This document shows positions 1 to 7,891 of a DNA stretch of 64,000 nt, in pieces. Every line of letters starts with the position of its first letter. The first letter of the stretch is position 1. A program made the position numbers and the translations under genes. The notes beneath the pieces were generated by a model. The model searched no databases. It was not told where the DNA came from and was given only the letters and a program-made list of their open reading frames with translations. Origin of the DNA: Eubacteriales bacterium (GTDB lineage Bacteria > Bacillota > Clostridia > Oscillospirales > CAG-272); NCBI GenBank assembly GCA_045603085.1, contig JAZULL010000132.1, forward strand, positions 10,575 through 74,574. The letters run 5' to 3'.

Positions 1-1580
1 ACGGTCTCCAGCTTGAGCTCGTCACGCACGCGCGCACCGAATCGCAGAATATACGTCTGTATCGCCTCGGACAGCGGCGAATTTTCATGATATTTTTCCA
101 TCAGCGCTGCGGCATCCATGCAAGTAAAGTCCGCAAGCATTTCCGGGTCGCTGCGAATGCGCTCGGTCAAGGCGACCAGCTCCGAGGCACTCCCCACGCT
201 CTCCACGTCACCGCCGTTGGAGATATAGCAATTGAGCTGTTCGGCCGATATTCCCATGCGCCCTGCCCTGTCCTTGAGCATGCCGAACAGGATCATGACC
301 GCGCAATCATTGACAATGGGAACGGTGAACTCCTTGACGATATCGTTTTCAATGGTCTTGAAGGTTCTGTAAAGCTCCTCGTTTGTGCCCGAAAGGCTTT
401 TGCCGTAATAGGGCTTGACGATACGCTCAAAATTCTGTTCAAACCGATCGGACAAGGCGTCGATGCGGCACAGCTTATCAAGGAACGCCACGCCTAAGCG
501 AAGCATGTCAAAGGCGTTCATGCGCACGCGCTTGAAATCCTTGCCGGAGCTCTTGACGCCCATCATATTTTCCATATACGACGTGGATTTTTTGAACGGG
601 AATACCGAGGTGACGGCATACCAGCTGTTCATGTTGTAGTACACCTTGCCCTCGTATTGGTACAGCATTTCGGCAAGGTAGGGCGAGAGTGAGGAAATGA
701 TGCTCTCGCGGATCTTCCCGTAACGCAGGGTGGCGGTATACACGTCGCGGTATACGTCCTTGGCAAACGAAAAGGTCAGCGGCGAGGTAACGCCGAAATA
801 GGATTCAATAATATTGGCATTGTCGATCAGAAGACTGCGCCCGCGGGGACGGATATCCGCATAGGCGGCGATGGGGCGCGCCTGCAGAAAATAAACGCGA
901 TCACCCTTGACGGCAAACTCGATATCCAAAAAAGCGTCTGCCCGTGCGGCGGCCAAGGAGATCATGGAAAGGATATTTCCGAGCTGCTTTTTGCTCAGAA
1001 TATCCTCGCCCTCGACCTCGGTTTTGTCTCCGTTGATCTTATAGGTGCTGCCCGAGACCGTGCCGTCCACCAGCTTATCGCCAAGTCCCCGCGTCACCGC
1101 GATCACGGTGGTGTCGGGGTTGTCGGTCACGGGGTCAATGGTAAAGGCCACGCCTGCAAAATCGGCGTCTGCCATTTCCTGAATGATGACTGCAATGCCG
1201 ATCTTCTCGGTATCAAGGCCATTTGCGCGTCGGTAAGCCAATGCACGCTCGGAAAACGCACTTTTTTGCACCAGCGCGACGTGCGCGGGCACGTCCTCGG
1301 CCTTGACGTTCAGATAGGTATCGTGCATGCCCGCAAAGCTGGCATTGGCCGAATCCTCGTCGACAGCAGAGCTTCGCACGGCATACAGCACCCCCGGGCG
1401 CAACCATGCGTCCAGCTCACGTTGCAGCTCGTCCTTGGCAGCAGGGTCATGCTCTGCCCTTTCAAAATAAGAGATCGGCACCACGCGCAAGGGTGGCGTA
1501 TGCGGCATTTGAAATTCCAAAAGCACTTGCGCCTTGCCGCCAATCTGCGCAACACCCACGGGGCGGTCGATCAATATCAT
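1..1580 (-). CDS. PEP/pyruvate-binding (PPDK_N-type) domain protein, PEP-utilising phosphotransferase family; C-terminus runs off the window
   Basis: Missing from the ORF track because it runs off the edge. My hand translation from the ATG at 1580 is open to base 1. It reads MILIDRPVGVAQIGGKAQVLLEF...YAVRSSAVDEDSANASFAGMHDTYLNV...IAVIIQEMADADFAGVAFTIDPVT...TRGLGDKLVDGTVS...VYFLQARPI, typical of the PEP synthase/PPDK N-terminal nucleotide-binding domain. The ATG overlaps the upstream TGA (ATGA at 1577-1580). Confidence 0.8.
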   Translation of the reverse strand, partial: MILIDRPVGVAQIGGKAQVLLEFQMPHTPPLRVVPISYFERAEHDPAAKDELQRELDAWLRPGVLYAVRSSAVDEDSANASFAGMHDTYLNVKAEDVPAHVALVQKSAFSERALAYRRANGLDTEKIGIAVIIQEMADADFAGVAFTIDPVTDNPDTTVIAVTRGLGDKLVDGTVSGSTYKINGDKTEVEGEDILSKKQLGNILSMISLAAARADAFLDIEFAVKGDRVYFLQARPIAAYADIRPRGRSLLIDNANIIESYFGVTSPLTFSFAKDVYRDVYTATLRYGKIRESIISSLSPYLAEMLYQYEGKVYYNMNSWYAVTSVFPFKKSTSYMENMMGVKSSGKDFKRVRMNAFDMLRLGVAFLDKLCRIDALSDRFEQNFERIVKPYYGKSLSGTNEELYRTFKTIENDIVKEFTVPIVNDCAVMILFGMLKDRAGRMGISAEQLNCYISNGGDVESVGSASELVALTERIRSDPEMLADFTCMDAAALMEKYHENSPLSEAIQTYILRFGARVRDELKLET

Positions 1581-2065
1581 GCCCGATCTCTCCTCTCTTT
1601 TATCAATATTAAAGCGACGTCCATGGCCGCCAGCACGACAGCCGGAACAAGCACCCATGCATTGGGCGCAAAGCTGCCGTACACCAGCGCGATCACGGTC
1701 GCGGGTAAAAACAGCGGCTTGATCAGCTTATGCCACCGCGCAGGCAGCGCAAGCTGTAAAAGGATCAGCGAGAGCGGTAAAAGCATGCCGTAAAGTGCCG
1801 CCATCAGGCTCAGCACCAAGGCAGTTGCGGCAAGCAAGCAGCACAGCACGATCAGAATCCCGCGCGAAAGCGGGGCTTTGCCCAGCTCCTTATCCTTGTC
1901 ATAATCGCAGATATCATCGCAAACGCGCATCAGATATGCAAGCGCAAGCACGACGCCAAGCCCTGCACCGAAATACGGCGCAGAGCTGCCAAAAAGGGCG
2001 TATATGATGCTGTACAGCACCGCCGTCAGCACCGGCGGCATGCCGTAACGCTTGATCAGAAGCAC
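1577..2065 (-). CDS. small polytopic membrane protein (Asp-rich DDICDYDKD motif, possibly UbiA-like remnant)
   Basis: 162-aa ORF that is hydrophobic throughout. A GTG start lies 1 nt after the upstream TAA, and an alternative ATG sits at codon 9. The stop overlaps the next ATG. The function is a guess from the Asp-rich loop only. Confidence 0.55.
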   Translation of the reverse strand: MLLIKRYGMPPVLTAVLYSIIYALFGSSAPYFGAGLGVVLALAYLMRVCDDICDYDKDKELGKAPLSRGILIVLCCLLAATALVLSLMAALYGMLLPLSLILLQLALPARWHKLIKPLFLPATVIALVYGSFAPNAWVLVPAVVLAAMDVALILIKERRDRA

Positions 2066-2066
2066 G

Positions 2067-3137
2067 TTACCACCATCTTTTCGAATAAAGTTTTGCTTTG
2101 CAAATCAGCGCAGAGTAAGAGAGCCCCGCATATTCGCAAAAGGCGCGAAGCTCCTGCTCTGCTAAGTCCTTATCGATCTGCTCCCGCATTTTCTCGCAGG
2201 CTGCGGGCTTGTCCAGCACGCCCTGATTGATCATGACCGAATATTCGGGCATCAGATGCGAGCGGCGTGCGGTCAGATTTTTGAGATACAGCGCACCGTG
2301 ATGAATGGTGCAATCAAAATGCTCCTCCTCGGATTCCACTCTCCAGGAGGTGTTTTTTTCCAGAAAGTCGATCATATCACGCGAATTGTACGGGTGATAC
2401 AGAAAATATGCCAGAAAATCGCGATAGCCGCTTATGCGTGTATCGGCAAGCAGGGTCTCTTTGATCTCGCTTGACAGACGCTTGTCCACCAAAAGATCGA
2501 TCTTGGCAATAATGTCCGCGTACATGGCGTCAAGGTCAACCTCACCCGACGCAAGACCTGCATCGATAAAGGGGCGGAACACGTCGTCACGGCTGTCCGA
2601 AAGTCCTCTGAGCATCTGGTAAGGCGAGCGGCCGTGAATGCCCACGCGCGCATTGACGCGGGAGGCATAGTTGATCATGACCGCATAGCCGAGGAAGGAG
2701 CAGGCGATGCAGGGTGAGAGATAATGCGAGGTGATGTATCTGTATGTTTTTCGCAACAGCTCCATGTCGCACTCCACGTACTCATGCTCCACACCGATCT
2801 CGGCGACCAATCGGTCGATCTTTTGCCGCGCCTCTGCGGACATAAAGCCGTTATCCAGCGTATAGGCCTTGACGTGCAGGCCGTATTCCTTGACCAGCTT
2901 ATAGAGCACGTATGTGGAGTCCTTGCCGCCCGAAAATCCCAGCGCGACGTCATAGTCGTATTCCCCCGGTCTTTGCAGCTTTTGCAAAAACAGCTGCTCC
3001 AGAGCGTCATAATCGGTCAGGCGATCCTTATATTTGTCATAGCAGGTGCAATGCGAGCACAGCCCCGCGGTATCAAAGCGGATGCCCTTGACCGTTTTGT
3101 CGTTGACACAGCGCACGCAGGTCTGATTATTTCTCAT
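2067..3137 (-). CDS. PP-loop ATP pyrophosphatase, N-acetyl-sugar amidotransferase-like
   Basis: Contains the SGGKDS PP-loop (LGFSGGKDSTYVLYKL). An N-terminal Cys cluster (CVRCVNDKTVKGIRFDTAGLCSHC) is as in LPS/glycan amidotransferases. I trimmed the start to the ATG at 3137 (MRNNQTCVRC), which overlaps the upstream gene by 11 nt. Confidence 0.75.
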   Translation of the reverse strand: MRNNQTCVRCVNDKTVKGIRFDTAGLCSHCTCYDKYKDRLTDYDALEQLFLQKLQRPGEYDYDVALGFSGGKDSTYVLYKLVKEYGLHVKAYTLDNGFMSAEARQKIDRLVAEIGVEHEYVECDMELLRKTYRYITSHYLSPCIACSFLGYAVMINYASRVNARVGIHGRSPYQMLRGLSDSRDDVFRPFIDAGLASGEVDLDAMYADIIAKIDLLVDKRLSSEIKETLLADTRISGYRDFLAYFLYHPYNSRDMIDFLEKNTSWRVESEEEHFDCTIHHGALYLKNLTARRSHLMPEYSVMINQGVLDKPAACEKMREQIDKDLAEQELRAFCEYAGLSYSALICKAKLYSKRWW

Positions 3138-4590
3138 AGCCGTACCCCAACAGCGCGTAGCGCTTTTGCTTGACCGTATGATCCTTGAAAATGGCGTAGA
3201 GCGATTTTGTGCGGTCGTTCTGGAAGTGATACAGCACCTCGCCATGTCCTCTTTCCTGCATCATGCGGTAGGAATGGTCAATGACGGTAAAGATCAACCG
3301 ACGGCTTCGGTAATCCGAGCGGATCGCGGTGGTCTTGCATACGTAAAAGCGGTTTTCGGGATCGGGATAGCAGAAATTGAATGCGATGGGGGTGTCCCCG
3401 TCGTAGATGACAAGCAGATCGGGTGTGACGGCCTGCAGACCCTGCATATAGATCTCCATAAAGTCGGCACGGCTGATGGGCTCGTAAAAATCCGCCTTGG
3501 CAAAGGCCTCGAATGCGACCTCGCAGACGTCGGGCAGATATGCATAGGCGTCGGCGCCGCAGGCCTTGACAATACGATATTGCGCAGGCAGCCTTACCTT
3601 ACGCGCCATGTCCCAGATCTTATGATTGACCGTGCCCAGCGTTGAGGTATAATACTGCTTGGGCACAAGTCCGTTTTGTAACAGCACCTCCAGAACGGCG
3701 GGGTCGCTGATGCAATCGGGATAAAGCCGCCAATCAAAGCTGTCAACGGCCAATCTGTAGGAATAAAAGGTATTGCCGTTGATCGGCCCCAGCAACGGCT
3801 TTCCCCGGGCGCCTGCCAGCATTTGCTTGACGGTGGCATCAAAGCCCTGTGCATCGGCATATTGCAAATAGCCAAAATAGGCAGTTCCGTCGGAGTTGTG
3901 CATCAGCGTGACCTGATTCTCTCCCTCTGAAAAGGTGCGCCACGGCTTGCCCGCCAGCACTCTCTCCTTGGTCTGCAATGCATCAAGCACCGAGAGCAGG
4001 TCAAGCGGCTTTTGAATGCGGTAGGAATAGGCGGGGCTGTCTGTATAGCCGTATGCGGCATGGCAGAATTCCACGGCATAAGGATCGGGAATGGAAAGAT
4101 AGTCGTCGTGGCTGTCTCCCACAAACAAGATCTTCCCCTCACTCTCTTGCACAAGGCGCGCCAGCCGCTCGGATTTCTCCCCCATTTCAATGGTGTAAAT
4201 ATCCTTGAAGCAGCCCTCGGTGCCCGAGATCTGCACAAAGGCCTCGGCATAACCCCCGGGACAATTTGAGACGATATATAAATCATAGTCCCGACTCAGC
4301 GTGCGGATGAGCTCGGCAGCACCCTCGTAACAGCAATCATCGGGGTGGGCGCGCAGATATTCGATGGAATACGCCACCGCATCGTGCGCCAGTGACTGCA
4401 TATCGGTGACCGTGGGAAAGAGCGCCGGCAACAGCTTGTCCAGCTTGACACCGAGAAACGCCGTGACGTCCCCATCACTTGCAGTTGGCGCAACCGAATA
4501 TTTTTCGCACAGCTTGGCGTAGGTGTATAAGTAGGATTTGGCAGTCTGCCACAGCGTACCGTCCAAATCAAAGGCAACGGTTTTGATCAT
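3127..4590 (-). CDS. HAD-superfamily hydrolase domain fused to a C-terminal domain of unknown (possibly GNAT-like) fold
   Basis: The N-terminus MIKTVAFDLDGTLWQT carries the HAD DxDGT motif I, and VGDSHDDY resembles motif IV. The roughly 250-aa C-terminal half has no motif I can name with certainty. Confidence 0.7.
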   Translation of the reverse strand: MIKTVAFDLDGTLWQTAKSYLYTYAKLCEKYSVAPTASDGDVTAFLGVKLDKLLPALFPTVTDMQSLAHDAVAYSIEYLRAHPDDCCYEGAAELIRTLSRDYDLYIVSNCPGGYAEAFVQISGTEGCFKDIYTIEMGEKSERLARLVQESEGKILFVGDSHDDYLSIPDPYAVEFCHAAYGYTDSPAYSYRIQKPLDLLSVLDALQTKERVLAGKPWRTFSEGENQVTLMHNSDGTAYFGYLQYADAQGFDATVKQMLAGARGKPLLGPINGNTFYSYRLAVDSFDWRLYPDCISDPAVLEVLLQNGLVPKQYYTSTLGTVNHKIWDMARKVRLPAQYRIVKACGADAYAYLPDVCEVAFEAFAKADFYEPISRADFMEIYMQGLQAVTPDLLVIYDGDTPIAFNFCYPDPENRFYVCKTTAIRSDYRSRRLIFTVIDHSYRMMQERGHGEVLYHFQNDRTKSLYAIFKDHTVKQKRYALLGYGYEK

Positions 4591-4600
4591 TGATATCCTC

Positions 4601-5143
4601 TTAGTTTTTTACACAGATTTGCAGTACAGACATATCCACGTAGTCATAGATACTGTTGCGGAAGTGCGCAAAATCCCTGATGCCCCACAGCACGTGCTCC
4701 ACAGGGGCGTAGATCTGATCGGTATAGTAATCGTTATAATCGCGCAAAAACTCCACGTCCGCATGTCCCTTGATGACCACGTGCCCCGTGTTGAACAGCT
4801 TTTCCAAGGCGTTCTGGTGCAGCTCGACGGCGTCGATGCGATTGACGGTCAGGCGGGTACGGATGCGCTTGCGATTTTTACTTGAATGTCTGTAGCGCAG
4901 GAAAAAGCTTTGTTCATAGACAAAGATCCCCTGCTCCATGCGAAGCGAGTGGGGGTAGTGACTGAACAGCATGCCCACAACAGAGACAGCAAGAATGATG
5001 CCTACCATCACCGGCGCCGGCGCGGCTTCGGGGTTGGTGATCGCCACGATCAGCACGATCACGAAAATGACCGCCGATGCACAGGGATACCACCACGCCC
5101 GCTTATCCTGAATGCCCCAGAGCGGATTTAATTTGATTTCCAT
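4601..5143 (-). CDS. membrane protein with cytoplasmic PH-like (bPH_2/YdbT-like) domain, tentative
   Basis: 180-aa ORF with two N-terminal hydrophobic helices followed by a soluble domain. The ATG overlaps the upstream TAA by 1 nt (TAATG at 5141-5145). Confidence 0.55.
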   Translation of the reverse strand: MEIKLNPLWGIQDKRAWWYPCASAVIFVIVLIVAITNPEAAPAPVMVGIILAVSVVGMLFSHYPHSLRMEQGIFVYEQSFFLRYRHSSKNRKRIRTRLTVNRIDAVELHQNALEKLFNTGHVVIKGHADVEFLRDYNDYYTDQIYAPVEHVLWGIRDFAHFRNSIYDYVDMSVLQICVKN

Positions 5144-6168
5144 TACAGTACCTCGGCAAGCGCGTCAAGATCGGCTTGTGTCGTTCCCCAGCCGGTGGCA
5201 AGACGGATGACGGTATGCTCGGGGTCTGGCTTTTCCCATTCGGAAAAACGGACGTGCTTTGCCAGCTCCTCGCATTTTTGATTGTCAATGATAAAGAACT
5301 GCTGATTGGTGGGCGAATCCATGTAGGTCTTATATCCCCTTTCCAGACACATCTGCAAAAGCTTCTCTGCCATATCGATAGCGTTCTTACTGATCTCAAA
5401 ATACAGATCATCGGTAAACAGCGCGTCAAACTGCGCGCCAATCAGACGCCCCTTGGCAAGCAGAGCGCCGTTTTGCTTGATAAACGTAAAGAACCGCTTA
5501 GGGGTATTGCCGTGCGTGAACACCACAGCCTCGCCGCAAAGTGCACCCACCTTGGTGCCGCCTATGTAAAACACGTCGCAAAGATCGCAAAGGTCTCCCA
5601 ACGTCACGTCTGTGCCGTGTGCGACAAGCCCGTAGCCAAGGCGCGCGCCGTCCAGAAACAGCGGAATGTTATACTTGCGGCAGACCTCGGACAGCGCACT
5701 CAGCTCATCCTTGGTATACAGCGTGCCGTATTCGGTGGGATGTGAGACGTACAGCATACCCGGGAATACCATGTGGGTGTAGCTTGCATCGTTGTAAAAG
5801 CTCTTGATCAGCGCCTCGACCTCGTCGGCCTGCACCTTGCCCGCGTGTCCCGGAACGGTCAGCACCTTGTGCCCCGACGCCTCGATCGCGCCTGCCTCAT
5901 GGGCGGCCACGTGCCCCGTGGTGGCGGCGATCACACCCTCGGTGGGATGCAGCATGGAATCAATGACGATGCGGTTGGTTTGTGTGCCGCCCGCCAGAAA
6001 GTAGACGTCCAGCCCTTCTCTGCCGCAAGCGGCCTTGATTTTGCGCTTGGCAGATGCGGTATACTCATCCTCGCCGTATCCCGGCTGAGGTGTCATGTTG
6101 GTCTCAATCAGCTTTTGCAGCACCGCGGGGTGCGCGCCGATATTATAATCGCATTCAAAGGATAACAT
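5143..6168 (-). CDS. PLP-dependent threonine aldolase / beta-eliminating lyase family protein
   Basis: The N-terminus MLSFECDYNIGAHPAVLQKL...GYGEDEYT...FLAGGTQTN and the GGTKVG lysine motif are typical of low-specificity L-threonine aldolases. Confidence 0.8.
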   Translation of the reverse strand: MLSFECDYNIGAHPAVLQKLIETNMTPQPGYGEDEYTASAKRKIKAACGREGLDVYFLAGGTQTNRIVIDSMLHPTEGVIAATTGHVAAHEAGAIEASGHKVLTVPGHAGKVQADEVEALIKSFYNDASYTHMVFPGMLYVSHPTEYGTLYTKDELSALSEVCRKYNIPLFLDGARLGYGLVAHGTDVTLGDLCDLCDVFYIGGTKVGALCGEAVVFTHGNTPKRFFTFIKQNGALLAKGRLIGAQFDALFTDDLYFEISKNAIDMAEKLLQMCLERGYKTYMDSPTNQQFFIIDNQKCEELAKHVRFSEWEKPDPEHTVIRLATGWGTTQADLDALAEVL

Positions 6169-6188
6169 GGGAATACCTCGTTTTTTTG

Positions 6189-7487
6189 TTATTTTATCTG
6201 CGACGCGCTCAACAGCGCGACGTAACAGGGGTGTGAATCAATGGTAACGACGGCAACGTACAGGGCATCTTTGGGAACCTCTTGCAGATTCCGAAAAACC
6301 TGCAGATCAAACTGAAACCGTCTCGTTCCCTTTTGCGTAAAATAGCGGATCGGCTGCAAAGGTTCTTGCAGATCCTCGGCAGAATACTTACACAGCGTTT
6401 CATATAAAGGTCCTTGCTCAGCATCTGCGATAAAACCGATCATCAATTGACCGTCCAGCTCTGCTACGTATAATCCGTCGATCACTTCGCCCTTGACCTT
6501 AAGCTCAAAATAATCTACCTGCGAAACGGTCGCATACTCGGAAAGCGCCTTGGTAATTTCCTGCTCGGTCTTACGGTCCTCGATCTCGCCCGTGACCCAT
6601 ACGCTTGCAAGGACAAACACCAGCACACCAATAAAGTAAACCAAAAGCCCACCAACGCGCCAGATCATATACTCCTTGTTTTTGGGTAACGGGTTTGCAT
6701 CATTGGGGAAAACCTCGGGCAATTCGGCGCACGCTTTCCCTGCGTCCAGAGCTTGCAGCTCTTGCTTTGCAATGCGCACAAAGCCGAGACCCTCATTCCC
6801 CTTGGCCACCTGCCCGTAATAAGCTTGTGCCGTGTCCGCGTCTCCCAACAGGTTTTGTGCCACACGCGCCGCCATAAAGGCACTACGCAAATTATCGATC
6901 GGTGTCTCAGACCGGGGCGCGGCATCAAGCAAGCTTTGGCACTTTTCCCCGTCCCTGCTTGCATATGCCCAATAGAAATCAAAGATTCTGCCAATTCGGG
7001 CAAGGCGTGCGGCATCCTTCTCTACCGCCTTACGCGCTTCAACCGCCTTGCATACCTCTGCCAGCTTTTGTGTATCGTTCAGATCAAAATAGCAATAAGC
7101 AAGCGCGGACAGCCATTGATATTCCAATCTTCTGTTATACTTGCGCTTTTTGAGCATTTTCGTGCAATGATTGACGACAAGATCGTATTCTCCCGCCATG
7201 CTCTCGGCCAGTATATACAGTCCGCTTGTGGGATAATTGATCCCCCCATAGCGCACAAAGCTACGCAGGGCTTCAACATCCCCGCTTCCTAACAGTTTTT
7301 TCAGTTTCCTGGATTGTACGGTTCTTCTGATCAAAATCATGCTCAGCACGCCAACGAAACCGACAAGCGAGCAAAATTCTTCTTTACCAAATGCAAACAG
7401 TAAAAACATAACCGCCAGGGTCACAAATACAACAACAATGGGGAAAGCGGCATACCACCAAGCATACAGTTTGATGTTTCTTTTCAT
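6189..7487 (-). CDS. membrane protein with helical-repeat (TPR-like) central region, unknown function
   Basis: 432-aa ORF with N-terminal TM helices, an Ala/Leu-rich helical middle and one more TM segment. It is the first gene of the co-directional cluster at 1-7487. Confidence 0.55.
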   Translation of the reverse strand: MKRNIKLYAWWYAAFPIVVVFVTLAVMFLLFAFGKEEFCSLVGFVGVLSMILIRRTVQSRKLKKLLGSGDVEALRSFVRYGGINYPTSGLYILAESMAGEYDLVVNHCTKMLKKRKYNRRLEYQWLSALAYCYFDLNDTQKLAEVCKAVEARKAVEKDAARLARIGRIFDFYWAYASRDGEKCQSLLDAAPRSETPIDNLRSAFMAARVAQNLLGDADTAQAYYGQVAKGNEGLGFVRIAKQELQALDAGKACAELPEVFPNDANPLPKNKEYMIWRVGGLLVYFIGVLVFVLASVWVTGEIEDRKTEQEITKALSEYATVSQVDYFELKVKGEVIDGLYVAELDGQLMIGFIADAEQGPLYETLCKYSAEDLQEPLQPIRYFTQKGTRRFQFDLQVFRNLQEVPKDALYVAVVTIDSHPCYVALLSASQIK

Positions 7488-7711
7488 ATTGCTACCTCCC
7501 CTTGTTTGCAGTCTTTCATTACATTATACCACGAACAGACCGCTTTTGCAAGTCGCACACCCGACTTGCTCACCTATATAGTCGGATTTTTTTGTGTTCC
7601 GTTTCGCATGCAGGTAAAATTTTCATATTCCCCCACGATTGTTTAATCTTTGTTAACAAATACACATCAAATAAAATATATAATACTTAGCGGAAATATG
7701 ATGCGCCCCAT

Positions 7712-7797
7712 TATAAGGGAGTAGTCGGCACGTATCGGTGTGATGAAGTCAACAGCATGGATCTTCCTGGCTTCATCTTAAACGACGAGACTTATCT
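7712..7797 (+). promoter_or_regulatory. probable yybP-ykoY (Mn2+) riboswitch aptamer
   Basis: AUAAGGGAGUAGUC...GAUGAAGUCAACAGCAUGG...CUUCAUC...ACGAGACUUAU. The GGGAGUAG loop and the 3' ACGAGAC element flanked by a P1 helix (AUAAG/CUUAU) match my memory of the L. lactis and B. subtilis Mn2+ riboswitch consensus. The element lies in the leader of a P-type ATPase, a known context. Confidence 0.6.
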
Positions 7798-7826
7798 GTT
7801 ACAAATGCAGATAAGTCTTTTTTTTC
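7787..7826 (+). terminator. intrinsic terminator forming the riboswitch expression platform
   Basis: The stem AGACTTATCTG/CAGATAAGTCT is followed by T8. The 5' arm reuses the P1 3' strand (CUUAU), so P1 and the terminator are mutually exclusive (ON-switch logic). Confidence 0.75.
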
Positions 7827-7891
7827 GGTTTATATACATTTAATCAAGATAAAATATAATAATAACAATACATCCAACAGGAGGAAATGCA

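Noticed and set aside
87-1793. Short track ORFs (87..497, 293..481, 415..639, 1213..1407, 1266..1793 and others)
   Set aside because: They overlap the edge-truncated PEP-binding gene (1..1580, minus strand), whose hand translation is continuous and family-like.
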